DNA of 64,000 nt from Leptospiraceae bacterium (GCA_040217195.1 JAVJNR010000003.1:384001-448000); one strand, 5' to 3'. Shown: positions 1 through 10,584, counted from the first letter of the stretch. A program made the numbers and translations. Notes: a model not told the origin generated them from the letters alone.

Positions 1-1
1 C

Positions 2-1648
2 GGAACCATTGAAAATGGACAAATCCAGGAATTACTCTTCTCTCACCAGTGGGCCCTGGAATACCTTCCAGGAGAAGAGATTCCTGCGAACCTGAACCAA
101 AAGGGTTGGACCAGACAGGCTATCTCTCCTTCCGGTGAGGTCCTGGTATTGACGGCGCCTCCTCCAGGGGTCCGCTCACCGCGCGGATGGAATAGTATGA
201 ATGGAATCGATGTCTATTCCCTGGATTTTTCCGATCCCAGTATGGATCCCGAATCGCGGGTTCAAAAGGTAGGAACCTTTTTTCATTTGATTCGCTACTT
301 TGACGTGGCTTTCATAAGCGAAACGGAAGCACTTGCAATTACCAGCACCGGTCTGGAAAGACTGGTTTTCGATCCAGCGAACCGCCATTTTACTTCGCGC
401 ACCACGGTCCACAACTTCGGGGAGACCGTCACTTCTGGCCAACTTCACATGAGCCCCGATAATACAATCGGGATGGTAAAATACGGAAACAGTGCTCAGC
501 TCTTTGCCTACGACAGTGAGAATGTTAGGATTTCGTGGACTAAAACCCTGGTTGATTTGCGACCGGAAGGACTTGAAGAGGTGGATCGAGTAGCATTTAA
601 CCAGCTACCTCAGGGAAACCAGCCTCCGACTCTGAGCTTTGACATAGAAAACGGTTTCTCTATATTAACGGATACTGGCCCTATATATCCGTTCCGCGGA
701 GTATTAACTGCCGGAGAAGATTGCCAGTCGTCCTCCTGGTTCTGGACAAATTATTACAGCTACGACCGCAGAGGTAAATGGAGCCTTGGCCGCCTGGACT
801 ACTCGGATCCAGATGCCGAAAAATGTGGTGTCTCAAATAGCCCTGCTTCTCCTGTTCAATCGGGTACTACTTCTCCTGGACCAGGCTCCCTGGAAGTGCC
901 GATGGATCTCTTCGGAAATCTACAGATCAATACCCAGAGCACATGGCAAATTCGAAGTATTCTGGAGGGCCTTCTGGGCACTGTGGGGACCCGGGTTTGC
1001 CCCTCAAATCTTTTGACAAATGGCACGCCTCAAACCGTTTTTCCAATAACTCCTATACAGGTTGGAGACTACTCGATAACGGTAGAAGCTACAGATTCGG
1101 CTGGAACCTGCGAGGGAGTTGATCAAACGGCTCGCGCCACGCTCTTGTTACGAGCCAGAGAAAAACATTCAGACTCCCGAACCTTTTTCGTAGATCTGGA
1201 CAGTTACCCCGAGAGCCCCGGAAGCCTTCAAAAGCTTAATCTCCTCAGAGGCGAATATCCAGCTCCGCAAGACCAACCGGGAGTGTATGAGAAATTCACA
1301 TGCGGCACCTACATGCTGGCTTGTGGTTGGATAGGCCAGGAATACGGCCCTCCCTATTGTGTTGAGCTGGCCGAATCGACAGAGGAAATGAGAGTTGATG
1401 CCCGTTTTGCCTCTTGCGGATCACAGACCCCATTGATTCCCTATTGGCATGCTCGGTCAACCTACTTGTACGATGGATTTGACTCCAGCCTTGGTATGGT
1501 CTACACAAAGAGGGAGTCCCCTAGATTTCCGGTACCCGCTTTCGCATTCAAAGACGGAGGTCTGGGATTCATTTTTCTAAAACGGGACATCAAATGGGGC
1601 GGCGACAGAATGTACGGCGGCCAATGGACCGGCTACGAAGACCTGTAG
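2..1648 (+). CDS. Large hypothetical protein, 5'-truncated by the window edge
   Basis: Frame is open from position 2 (gga acc att gaa...) into the 149..1648 ORF; beta-rich, Cys/Ser/Thr-containing sequence; no recognisable family. Confidence 0.75.
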   Translation, partial: GTIENGQIQELLFSHQWALEYLPGEEIPANLNQKGWTRQAISPSGEVLVLTAPPPGVRSPRGWNSMNGIDVYSLDFSDPSMDPESRVQKVGTFFHLIRYFDVAFISETEALAITSTGLERLVFDPANRHFTSRTTVHNFGETVTSGQLHMSPDNTIGMVKYGNSAQLFAYDSENVRISWTKTLVDLRPEGLEEVDRVAFNQLPQGNQPPTLSFDIENGFSILTDTGPIYPFRGVLTAGEDCQSSSWFWTNYYSYDRRGKWSLGRLDYSDPDAEKCGVSNSPASPVQSGTTSPGPGSLEVPMDLFGNLQINTQSTWQIRSILEGLLGTVGTRVCPSNLLTNGTPQTVFPITPIQVGDYSITVEATDSAGTCEGVDQTARATLLLRAREKHSDSRTFFVDLDSYPESPGSLQKLNLLRGEYPAPQDQPGVYEKFTCGTYMLACGWIGQEYGPPYCVELAESTEEMRVDARFASCGSQTPLIPYWHARSTYLYDGFDSSLGMVYTKRESPRFPVPAFAFKDGGLGFIFLKRDIKWGGDRMYGGQWTGYEDL

Positions 1649-1711
1649 CCGGCCTGCAAACGCTCTTCAGGAACCTCTTGCAGAATACCATGGGCCCGCA
1701 ACTCTGGGCCC

Positions 1712-2548
1712 ATGAGTAATGGGGCATCGAAACAATCCACATTCCAGGGCACCGATCAGTATTACCTTTCCCCGGAGCTGGGTGCCATTGTAAACATGGC
1801 CATCGCCATGGAGAAGCCTCTCCTGCTAACGGGAGAACCGGGTACAGGAAAAACACAGCTAGCCTTTGAAATCTCACGCAGTCTGGGTATGGACCTGGAA
1901 GTTCTTCGAGCCAAATCCACCATTCGCGGCGAAGAGGCCTGCTACGTGCAGGATACAGTTCTACGACTGAACGATGCTCGCTTTGGTACCGAAATCAGCG
2001 GCCGCGATGTGAACCAGTTCTACGACTATGTAATCTGGGGCCCTATTGGCCGAGCTTTTCGAAGCGAACAACGATGCGTACTTTTACTGGATGAAATCGA
2101 TAAAACGGAATCGGATGTACAGGATAATCTTCTGGATGTCCTGGAAGACATGGAGTTTACCATACGAGAGGTAAACGATACAATCAAAGCGGTCCATAAG
2201 CCAGTTATCATTATTACATCCAATGCAAAACGGGAACTTTCGGATCCATTCTTGCGTCGATGCTTTGCCCATCATATTGCTTTTCCGGAGGAGTCGGAAA
2301 TGCGTGAAATCCTGGATTTACACTTCGATAATCTGGATGAAAAACTGGTGGAAGTAACCCTGAAGATTTTCTATGATCTACGAAGTCGAGGTCTGGAGAA
2401 AGCGCCGGCCACCAGCGAGCTAATACACTGGATTGAGGCATTGCAAAGATCCGAAAAGCTGCCAGAAAGCCTGACCGATCTTCCCTTTCCTGGTATCTTG
2501 ATGAAGCGAGCAGCGGATCTACAGAACTACCGGGCAGGTCGAATCTAG
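1712..2548 (+). CDS. MoxR-family (CoxD-like) AAA+ ATPase
   Basis: Walker A GEPGTGKT, Walker B LLLDEIDK, IITSN..RELSDPFLRRC motif typical of the CoxD-like group. Confidence 0.92.
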   Translation: MSNGASKQSTFQGTDQYYLSPELGAIVNMAIAMEKPLLLTGEPGTGKTQLAFEISRSLGMDLEVLRAKSTIRGEEACYVQDTVLRLNDARFGTEISGRDVNQFYDYVIWGPIGRAFRSEQRCVLLLDEIDKTESDVQDNLLDVLEDMEFTIREVNDTIKAVHKPVIIITSNAKRELSDPFLRRCFAHHIAFPEESEMREILDLHFDNLDEKLVEVTLKIFYDLRSRGLEKAPATSELIHWIEALQRSEKLPESLTDLPFPGILMKRAADLQNYRAGRI

Positions 2549-2685
2549 ACATTCGATAATTCAGTCTCAGCTGCCGGAAGAACACTGCGGCGCTGCTGGA
2601 TTTCACGTATAGAATTCCAGGCCAGGGCAGTCCAGGAATCTGTGAGAATTGCTGATAAGACCTATTAGATTAGCAGGACGAACCA

Positions 2686-3909
2686 ATGAAGAATTCCGAA
2701 GTCCGCACATACGATGTTTTTCTCTCCTTCGCCTACGAGCTACGACGGGCAGACATTCCTGTATCTCCGGATCAGCTGATTGAACTTTTACGTGCATTCA
2801 AAAAAGGACTGGTTCAGTCCATGGATGATCTGTACCTGATGGCACGGCTTTGCTTTGTGAAAGAGGTGAAGTACTTCGACATCTATGATCGCACTTTTCT
2901 GTACTTCTTCGAAGGCCTCGAGCTTCCTCCAGTGGCCGAAGGAGACCTTGACCTCCTGGAAACGAAGCAATTTCAGCAATGGTTACGCCAGGCCTGGATT
3001 AAAGGGGAGCTTCCCCGGCATCCCTACTCCATGTCACCTAAGGAGTTAATGGAGCTTTTCTGGGAGCGTCTTCGCGAACAGACCGAAGCACATCATGGAG
3101 GCAACAAGTGGATAGGAACCGGTGGCACATCGCCTTTTGGGCATTCTGGTTTTTCAGAGAATGGCTTTCGCGTCATGGGACAGGCCAATCGATTCAGTGC
3201 AAAGAAAGTGATGGGTCAGCGCCGCTATGTAGATTACTCCGAAGCCGGACGTCTGAATCGAAAGAATTTTCATGATGCTCTACAGCACCTGAAGCACCTC
3301 AAGCCTGCGGGGGCCCCGGATCAGCTAAATATTCCAGAAAGCATTCGAAAAACTGCCAAGAATGCTGGTGAAATTGAACTCATTTTTGAAAAGGACAAAC
3401 GGGATCGCCTGGAAGTGATTCTAATGATGGACAATGGCGGAACCTCCATGGCTCCCTATGTGCATCTTACCTCGGACTTGTTCCAGCGTATGCGAAAGCA
3501 GCTAAAGAAACTGGATAGCTACTATTTTCACAACACAATCTACTCCTATGTCTATTCAGATCCGCAGCGCACAAAACCTGTGGCCATCCGAGATATACTT
3601 CGACGCAACCGGGATTGCCGCATCTTCATCATAGGCGATGCATCCATGGCTCCGGATGAGCTGGTTTCTCCCTACGGCAACATTAACTTTGGCGAAGAGG
3701 AATATGAGCCCTCCATTGAACAGCTCAAGAAACTGAAGGATCGATTCGGGGCCCTGGTATGGTTAAATCCCATTCCGGCGGAGTTCTGGCCTAATGGCTC
3801 CTTTACCTTAAAAAAGATCGAATCCATCCTGAATATGGAAGAAATGACACTGGGTGGCCTGGATCGGGCAGTGAAGCGAATGAATGAAATCAAGCATGAA
3901 GTGCAATAA
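2686..3909 (+). CDS. VWA-domain protein (CoxE-like), partner of the MoxR ATPase
   Basis: MIDAS-like MDNGGTSM, GGNKWIGTGGTSPFG, IIGDASMAP and VWLNP motifs; follows the AAA gene. Confidence 0.88.
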   Translation: MKNSEVRTYDVFLSFAYELRRADIPVSPDQLIELLRAFKKGLVQSMDDLYLMARLCFVKEVKYFDIYDRTFLYFFEGLELPPVAEGDLDLLETKQFQQWLRQAWIKGELPRHPYSMSPKELMELFWERLREQTEAHHGGNKWIGTGGTSPFGHSGFSENGFRVMGQANRFSAKKVMGQRRYVDYSEAGRLNRKNFHDALQHLKHLKPAGAPDQLNIPESIRKTAKNAGEIELIFEKDKRDRLEVILMMDNGGTSMAPYVHLTSDLFQRMRKQLKKLDSYYFHNTIYSYVYSDPQRTKPVAIRDILRRNRDCRIFIIGDASMAPDELVSPYGNINFGEEEYEPSIEQLKKLKDRFGALVWLNPIPAEFWPNGSFTLKKIESILNMEEMTLGGLDRAVKRMNEIKHEVQ

Positions 3910-4006
3910 TTTCCATTCGGATAGTCTCGCTGGAAATACCTATATGATACAATACAAAGTACTCTTTCCATCCGACTCACCGTACCGACCGGAGTATCAT
4001 CGAAAG

Positions 4007-4936
4007 ATGCGAAATCGAAGGACTCTAACTTCTTTTTTCATTCTCGGATCCTTGCTCTGCTTGCAACTAACCTTTGCGAGAGGCCTGGAAGCCGAAGAAA
4101 GGACCGGACCTTCTTCTACTACATCTACAGATGAAAACACCGGGATTAGAACCGAAAATTCGGATCGGACGAATGGAGAACCTGATTCCCAGAAAACATC
4201 GGAGCAGAAGGCTCTGGACGAATTAACCAGACAACTCAAAGAGATGGAGGAGTCTGTGGACTTTCCAGTGGGTCCGTCCAATCGGCTACTCACAGAAAAC
4301 CGAGAAGCCTACGATAAACGGGACTTACCGGCTCTGGCAAAATCTCTATTATCCAGAAACCAACTTTACGGTATTGTGATCTGGAAAGGTAAACATAGAC
4401 TTTCTATCTTTGATCAACGCGGAGTCGAGATTCTGAGTTTTGAAGCAGGGATTGGCGGAGATGCTCAGGGTGGCCAGAGACCCAAGCAATACGAATATGA
4501 TGGCCGAACGCCGGAAGGGATTTACCGGATTTTTCGCTTTTATAGTTTAGAAGCTCCGAAAGAATCAGAGTCCTACAGGGAGCTGGAACGGCTCAACGGA
4601 TATTATCTTACCGCGAAACTGGGTTACAGTCTTTACGGAAAGCCCGGCAAAGATGCAGGTAAGAATGTATTTGGCTCCCGTTTCTATGGAATCGATTATC
4701 CGGCTGCATCCGATATTTGGCGTTACAAGATGGCTTTAAAGGAAGGAACCGCACCCCTGGACAAGAAACGGAAACTGCCCATGAGAATTGGATCTGGAAT
4801 AGCCATTCATGGCACCAATGATCCGGCCAGCGTGGGACAGACCTTTGGTAGCGGCTGTATTCGCCTTCGCAACGAAGACATTGAGAAGCTGGATCCCTTC
4901 GTAAACAATGGAATGCCGGTAATCATTTTTCCTTGA
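4007..4936 (+). CDS. L,D-transpeptidase (YkuD) family protein, exported
   Basis: DGRTPEGIY and IAIHGT...GCIRL catalytic His/Cys motifs; N-terminal hydrophobic signal; ATG 4007 chosen over 3884. Confidence 0.85.
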   Translation: MRNRRTLTSFFILGSLLCLQLTFARGLEAEERTGPSSTTSTDENTGIRTENSDRTNGEPDSQKTSEQKALDELTRQLKEMEESVDFPVGPSNRLLTENREAYDKRDLPALAKSLLSRNQLYGIVIWKGKHRLSIFDQRGVEILSFEAGIGGDAQGGQRPKQYEYDGRTPEGIYRIFRFYSLEAPKESESYRELERLNGYYLTAKLGYSLYGKPGKDAGKNVFGSRFYGIDYPAASDIWRYKMALKEGTAPLDKKRKLPMRIGSGIAIHGTNDPASVGQTFGSGCIRLRNEDIEKLDPFVNNGMPVIIFP

Positions 4937-5138
4937 TTTGTTGTTCAATTCTACAAAATTATCGAATACAGAAATTGAATCTCCTCATCGCTTCTGGCTT
5001 CCATGACCTACCGGAATCCGTCCTTCTAAGCTTCCCAGGGCAAGATGGTCGATGGCCATCGATAAGACGACAAAAGGAAGCCTTTGATTCAGGATTTCGT
5101 TTCATGGATGATTGGTGCAGGCCGCGGGAAAAGATCGT

Positions 5139-5654
5139 ATGGACTGTCTTATAGTAATCGACCCTCAAATGGAATTTGTGTCCACCGAAGGGGCTTATGC
5201 AAACCGGGGACATGGCACATCGGACATTCGTGGTTGCCTGGGCAGAATCAATGAATATCTGAGCCGGTCAGAACTGCATCGTATATTAATTTATTCTGAC
5301 TATACCCCCGGTCAATTCGAGCCTGGACTGAATTTATGCATCCCGGGCAGTTCGGGCCATAAAGTTGCACTATCTCTGGATCATTTTGATACGGTACTTG
5401 CGAAAACGGATCATGATGCCGTGGATAGTTCGGATCTCAGACAGGCATTATCCGAAATTCAACCTGAGCGAATACAGATATGCGGATTCCTCCTTGAATA
5501 CTGTGTACGAAAAACAGCGATCTCACTTAGAAAGGACGGATGGCCAGTGGCTATTCTGGAGGATTTGATTTCCACCGGCGACGATGTATTGCATCGGAAA
5601 TCTGAGTTCCTGCGAGAAATGGAAGCCCTGGGAGCCTCACTGGAAAAAGTGTAG
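5139..5654 (+). CDS. Isochorismatase/nicotinamidase-family cysteine hydrolase
   Basis: LIVIDPQ (Asp), K in LAKTD, GFLLEYCV (Cys) catalytic triad pattern. Confidence 0.85.
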   Translation: MDCLIVIDPQMEFVSTEGAYANRGHGTSDIRGCLGRINEYLSRSELHRILIYSDYTPGQFEPGLNLCIPGSSGHKVALSLDHFDTVLAKTDHDAVDSSDLRQALSEIQPERIQICGFLLEYCVRKTAISLRKDGWPVAILEDLISTGDDVLHRKSEFLREMEALGASLEKV

Positions 5655-5689
5655 AGCCTGATCCTGGTTCTACGAAGGGTCCCGGTCTG

Positions 5690-5875
5690 TTAGGGGCGAA
5701 AGTACATTTGAATACCGGAAATCATAATCAGAATTATGCCTCCACCGATTAGAGACGGCGCCAGCCATTTCCTGTCCACAAACGGTCCAGAGGGCTTTTT
5801 CAAATTGAAGAATCCCAGCACCAGACTAATCACTCCAGCGGCCATTTGTATCAGATAATCGATTATTTCCAGCAT
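5690..5875 (-). CDS. Small two-TM membrane protein
   Basis: Two hydrophobic segments; AGGAG Shine-Dalgarno upstream of the ATG; same strand just downstream of the glycosyltransferase genes. Confidence 0.65.
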   Translation of the reverse strand: MLEIIDYLIQMAAGVISLVLGFFNLKKPSGPFVDRKWLAPSLIGGGIILIMISGIQMYFRP

Positions 5876-5900
5876 CGCTTTGCTCCTGTTTGGTTTCGGA

Positions 5901-7871
5901 TCATCGGATTACATAGGGCATCACCGGAGTCACCCAGACCACTCGAATAATGTATAGAACCAGGATCCCCAGAGAAACAGCATGAAAAGGTATGTCCAGA
6001 ATATTATGGTCTCTACTTTTCAGCAGCAGCACCAGAGCCACAGTTATGGTAAACATCCGAGAAATGTTATCATAGACCGACCAGAAATAATAATGATCCG
6101 CAACAAAGATCATCAAAAGCGAAAGGAATAAGCCCAGACGCATGGCAAATCCTTTTCGCAACCTGCCAGTAAGCAATGCAATCATTCCCGTAATCCAGAG
6201 AAGCAAAAGCGGCATTCGACTGAGAGTTCTGGCAATATCCTTTAGACCATGTTCCGGGTTTTGCACCGAGGCAATTACTTCATAGAGGTATTCTTTCATT
6301 CCCTGCATTGGCTGAATAAAAACACCCAGTCGGGTAGGACTCCATTCAGGCAGGGTAAATCTAAGATACGTTTGCCAGACCGCGGGAATAACAAGAGTAG
6401 CAAGTATGATCGCAGCCTTCCTGAAATCCAGACGAATGAGCTCATACAATCCCAGAGGAAAAAGCAGGAAAAGAGCTGGCTCCTTGGTAATCAGGCCCAG
6501 ACTGGCGAGCCCCCAGAACAAGAACATCCTGTCCCTTTGATAGGCCCAGTAAGCGATGACCACAATAGAAACCATTACAGCATCGCTTACCAGAAGATGG
6601 TAGCTTCCCAGTGCAAAAGGCGAAAGTAAATAGAACAAAGCCAGACCGCTGTTAGTTCCCAGAAGCTGACGTAGACATAAATAGGCCAGACTCATTAGTA
6701 CGAGGTTCCAGAAAAACATCCCGAACAAAGCAGCGTTTGGTCCCATGAATCCAAAAAGAGCGATTAGAAACGGATAGCCGATTCTAGGTGCGCGATAGCT
6801 GGCATCGATCTGTCCATCCCTATCGATACCTTCGCTGGATGGATAATCCAGTCCTTCACTCACCGAGCGACTATAAAAATAGAAGATCTGACCATCGTAG
6901 CCCGCGCCCAGATCTCCTTCCTGAGCTTTGTAGAATACTGCATTGGGGGGCACATGATTCGGATTGGATTCAGCAAATTCCAGTCCGAATCGTACCATTG
7001 ATGAGAAGTTCATCTCATACTTGCTTATATGGAAGAAGGTGACACTTCCATAAATAAGAAAGAACAGACCGAGGGCGATATACGGTTTATCCAGTTTTTG
7101 TACCGTTGCATACAGGGCATGCTGCCAACGAACGAGTCTGCCGGGCTCATGAGGCTCCTGCATATGCAGTTTCTTTCTATAGAGATGCCGGGCAAATACC
7201 ATTGCCTGTAGCAATACCCGTCGATTAAATGATGACGTTGAAAATTTATATGTGATGGGTACTTCTATATGGCTGGCCCCATTTCGCACTGCCAGATACA
7301 GGGATTCCATATGAAAGTCAAAAGCCCTGGATTCCAGCTCCGCGCTTGCAATGATGGAGTATATCCTCTTACTATATCTTCGATACCCGGAGGTGCAATC
7401 CTTGATGCCCGGCCCCTTGATATCCAGAAGACCGTCCGAAAGACAGTAATTCATTACACGAGCTGCTTTCCAGGATATCAGTTTACGGTAGAAGGGAACA
7501 TTTTCTGTTTCATGGCGACGACCAATGACCAGATCTTGATCTCCGGCTTCCAGAAATAATGGTAGATCCGAGGGCAGATGCGACATACCGGCATCCATAG
7601 TGATTACATAATCGTAATTCTGCTCCAGAGCGTATCGCATTCCATCCTGAATGCCCCCTGGAATATGAGTGTTACTTTCGTGACGAATTGTGTGTAGAGT
7701 GCCAGTCATTCGTCCGGCAAATTCAGTCTGAAGCTTCTTCAGGATTTCCGGTGTAGCATCTTTCGAGGCATCATCCACTACACAAACGTCGCAGTATTCA
7801 GAAGCGCCGCGCACCACCTCTTCGATGGTGCTTTCCTCGTTATAGGCAGGAATAATGATCAGCGATCTCAA
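5901..7871 (-). CDS. Fusion: GT2 polyprenol-phosphate glycosyltransferase (DPM1-like) + polytopic GT-C-like membrane domain
   Basis: N-term IIPAYNEE/VVDDASKD/TMDAGMSH/DCTSGYR GT2 motifs; C-term many TM helices with GYDGQIFY, RIGYP and LITKE motifs resembling AZOBR_p60025-type glycopolymer proteins. Confidence 0.8.
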   Translation of the reverse strand: MRSLIIIPAYNEESTIEEVVRGASEYCDVCVVDDASKDATPEILKKLQTEFAGRMTGTLHTIRHESNTHIPGGIQDGMRYALEQNYDYVITMDAGMSHLPSDLPLFLEAGDQDLVIGRRHETENVPFYRKLISWKAARVMNYCLSDGLLDIKGPGIKDCTSGYRRYSKRIYSIIASAELESRAFDFHMESLYLAVRNGASHIEVPITYKFSTSSFNRRVLLQAMVFARHLYRKKLHMQEPHEPGRLVRWQHALYATVQKLDKPYIALGLFFLIYGSVTFFHISKYEMNFSSMVRFGLEFAESNPNHVPPNAVFYKAQEGDLGAGYDGQIFYFYSRSVSEGLDYPSSEGIDRDGQIDASYRAPRIGYPFLIALFGFMGPNAALFGMFFWNLVLMSLAYLCLRQLLGTNSGLALFYLLSPFALGSYHLLVSDAVMVSIVVIAYWAYQRDRMFLFWGLASLGLITKEPALFLLFPLGLYELIRLDFRKAAIILATLVIPAVWQTYLRFTLPEWSPTRLGVFIQPMQGMKEYLYEVIASVQNPEHGLKDIARTLSRMPLLLLWITGMIALLTGRLRKGFAMRLGLFLSLLMIFVADHYYFWSVYDNISRMFTITVALVLLLKSRDHNILDIPFHAVSLGILVLYIIRVVWVTPVMPYVIR

Positions 7872-8899
7872 GCCTTAACCTCAAACACCTTCCTGTTTTC
7901 TTCCACCCATTTAATGAGCTTTTCGACTCCCTGTCGAGGCTTGACTTTCGGATCAAAGCCAAACTTCTTTGCTTCCGTTATATCACAGATAAAATACCGC
8001 ATATCACCTGGACGCTCTGTTTCAATGCTAACTTCGATTTTCTTTCCCAGAATCTCACCAATCATGGAAATACATTCCAGAAGTGAGATCTTATGTTCCG
8101 GTCCGCCACCAATGTTATACACACCTGGACGAGGATCGGTGTAGAATTTGAGGTAACTGTCTGCACCGTCCGCAGCAAAAAGAATGTCTCTAGCCTGCTT
8201 GCCGGTTCCGAAGATTCGAATCGGGAGTCCAAACACGGCCCTGATTACAAAATTGGCCACCCAGCCATGGTCCTCCCCTCCAAATTGACGGGGACCATAG
8301 ATTCCGGTGAAACGAAAGCTTGCAGATTTAATATCATACATGTCATGGAAGGACCGAACATAGTGCTCGGCGCTCATCTTGGATGCATGAAGAGGGCTTA
8401 TTTCACCCACCATTACAGGCTGACTTTCCGGGATGGCCACAGGTTCACGAACGTAGCTGGTCTCGGACTCAGTTAGAGAATCATTGATTGAATTACCGTA
8501 TACGTGGATGGAGCTGGTATTTACTACAGGTATGTTGTGCCCCCGGGCTGCCTGCATTACATTAAAAGTGCCGGTGACATTTGTAGTGAAGTCGTGCTCC
8601 GGGTCTTCCCAGGAAATGGTCATGGCTGGTTGAGCCGCTGTATGCACGAGGTAATCAACACCGGTACTGCGATCCATTAAATGCTCAAGGTTTCGAATAT
8701 CACCTTTGACCATTTCCACTCCAAGACCTTTAAGAAAGTCCCAGTTGAAATCCCGGGTGGCTTCCGTGCCATAACCCGTACGCTTTAGTTCGTATTTGGT
8801 CATGTTGTCGTAGCTAACGACTTCCCAGCCTTCTTTTCTAAAATGCTCACATACATGGGATCCCAGAAATCCGCATCCGCCAGTTACCAGTACTTTCAT
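7868..8899 (-). CDS. NAD-dependent epimerase/dehydratase (extended SDR, CDP-paratose 2-epimerase-like)
   Basis: VLVTGGCGFLG, GIYGPRQFGGEDHGWVA, GKQARDIL, RPGD motifs; YxxxK appears as LHASK. Confidence 0.88.
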   Translation of the reverse strand: MKVLVTGGCGFLGSHVCEHFRKEGWEVVSYDNMTKYELKRTGYGTEATRDFNWDFLKGLGVEMVKGDIRNLEHLMDRSTGVDYLVHTAAQPAMTISWEDPEHDFTTNVTGTFNVMQAARGHNIPVVNTSSIHVYGNSINDSLTESETSYVREPVAIPESQPVMVGEISPLHASKMSAEHYVRSFHDMYDIKSASFRFTGIYGPRQFGGEDHGWVANFVIRAVFGLPIRIFGTGKQARDILFAADGADSYLKFYTDPRPGVYNIGGGPEHKISLLECISMIGEILGKKIEVSIETERPGDMRYFICDITEAKKFGFDPKVKPRQGVEKLIKWVEENRKVFEVKA

Positions 8900-9036
8900 T
8901 TTATCCTCTTTTCGGTGAAGGATTGAAAATGCCTTTCACCATCCAATCTGTATTGAGAATAGATCGAATCAGTGCCAACCTATCTCTAATTTAAGTGTAT
9001 AGAACGATTGATGCTCTGGTGCTTTCTCCGTCAAGC

Positions 9037-10488
9037 TCAGTGAATCTTACCAAACTTCTTTTTGAGCAGCATTCCGCTCAGCCTCATTAGATCACCAATG
9101 GAGCGAATATCACCCGCAGCCTGATCTTTCACTGGCTTGAAAAAGGTTACCGGAACTTCAATGCAGCGATAAAGGGAACGAACAATTTCAGTCATCATTT
9201 CTGCAATATAAAGTGAGCCTTCCTGCTGAAGCCTTGGACGAATCTTTAGAAAGGTATCCTTCCAGAGGCAGAAGTATCTACAGCTCGCATCGGTAAACCT
9301 GGGCTCCATACCCCAGTAGAAGACTTCGATCATCTTTCCGGCCAGCAGATTCAGAATTCTTCGAATGGTCTTCAGGTTCGCTCCCTGCTCGATCATCTGC
9401 CTTGTGGTTCTTGTTCCGATGGCCATATCGCAGTCTTTCATGTATTCCAGAAGCTTGGGTAGATCCTTGCATCGAAATGTTCCATCGGCAGAAACTACGA
9501 TGCATATATCTCCTCTGGCAGCTTCCATTCCTGCCATTACCATGGATCCTTCTTGCTTGCGGGGCCCATTAAAATGCACTACATGGGCTCCATGAGATGT
9601 GGCAATTTCTCTAGTCCTGTCATCTGAACCCGCATCCACTACTATAATTTCGTCCACGGAATGCTTGAAATCATTTAAGACATCATCTATGGATTGCTCT
9701 CGATTTGCAGCAGGGATAATTAGACTCTTCTTGAATCGATGGAAGCGTTCGTTTCGAATTTCGTACACTGCATGGTGATAATCCTGCAGCGAGTTGATAT
9801 TGAAATATCCACATTGCACCATGGTGGCATAAACTTCATGGGTTTCTCTGGCCATCCGATCGATAACCTCTGTGATCTCAATGACGCCGGTGCGATCAGA
9901 AGGAGGAGTCTTGCGAAATGTATCAAAGTAGGCTTGAGTAAAAAGGTACGTACCCAGGCCCAGCAACCGATTCGCCGGATTTTCCGGCTTCTCTACTAGC
10001 TGAAGTACCCGATCCTTTTCCAGTTCTACCGAATAGTTTTTTTTAATATGGGAAACTAGAGGCGTTTCTTTTACGGCAACGCTGGCTGCAAGTCCTGGAT
10101 GCTTGCGCAGTGTAGCCAGGATCTTTTCATGATTGGATTCATGATAGAGCTCATCACCAAGCACGGTAACAAAGGGGCCTTCAAATTTTCCTTCCAGAGA
10201 GGCCACATCACTGGCCAGACCTTTGCGAGTCCAGAAGCTGGTTTCGATCTGCACACCCGGATACAGGGGGCGAATCCTTTCCACTTCGCCCATCACCTGC
10301 TCGGCCAGATGCCCCACAATGACGAAGATCTGCTTTACTTTGATCTTTTTGGCCAGAAGCTCAATATTCTTTTCCAGAATGCTCTTCCCATCAATTCGAA
10401 ACAATGGCTTGGGAATAAATGTAGTTCTGGGATAGGATCGAGTGCCCTTACCGGCCGCAGCAATTACACCTGTATTTACCTTTTTCAA
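9037..10488 (-). CDS. Fusion: sugar-1-phosphate nucleotidyltransferase (RmlA-like) + GT2 glycosyltransferase
   Basis: AAGKGTR..P.T...PKPL, VEKP and EITE motifs; C-term IIPA/IIVVDAGSDD/ADG GT2 domain. Confidence 0.85.
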   Translation of the reverse strand: MKKVNTGVIAAAGKGTRSYPRTTFIPKPLFRIDGKSILEKNIELLAKKIKVKQIFVIVGHLAEQVMGEVERIRPLYPGVQIETSFWTRKGLASDVASLEGKFEGPFVTVLGDELYHESNHEKILATLRKHPGLAASVAVKETPLVSHIKKNYSVELEKDRVLQLVEKPENPANRLLGLGTYLFTQAYFDTFRKTPPSDRTGVIEITEVIDRMARETHEVYATMVQCGYFNINSLQDYHHAVYEIRNERFHRFKKSLIIPAANREQSIDDVLNDFKHSVDEIIVVDAGSDDRTREIATSHGAHVVHFNGPRKQEGSMVMAGMEAARGDICIVVSADGTFRCKDLPKLLEYMKDCDMAIGTRTTRQMIEQGANLKTIRRILNLLAGKMIEVFYWGMEPRFTDASCRYFCLWKDTFLKIRPRLQQEGSLYIAEMMTEIVRSLYRCIEVPVTFFKPVKDQAAGDIRSIGDLMRLSGMLLKKKFGKIH

Positions 10489-10584
10489 GACGGCTGTTAG
10501 AATTGATTTTAATGCTTCCGGGTCAATCCAAAACGGCTTACCTGGATTCCGAACTGGCAGCTATCTATTATGGAATCTGGCGGC

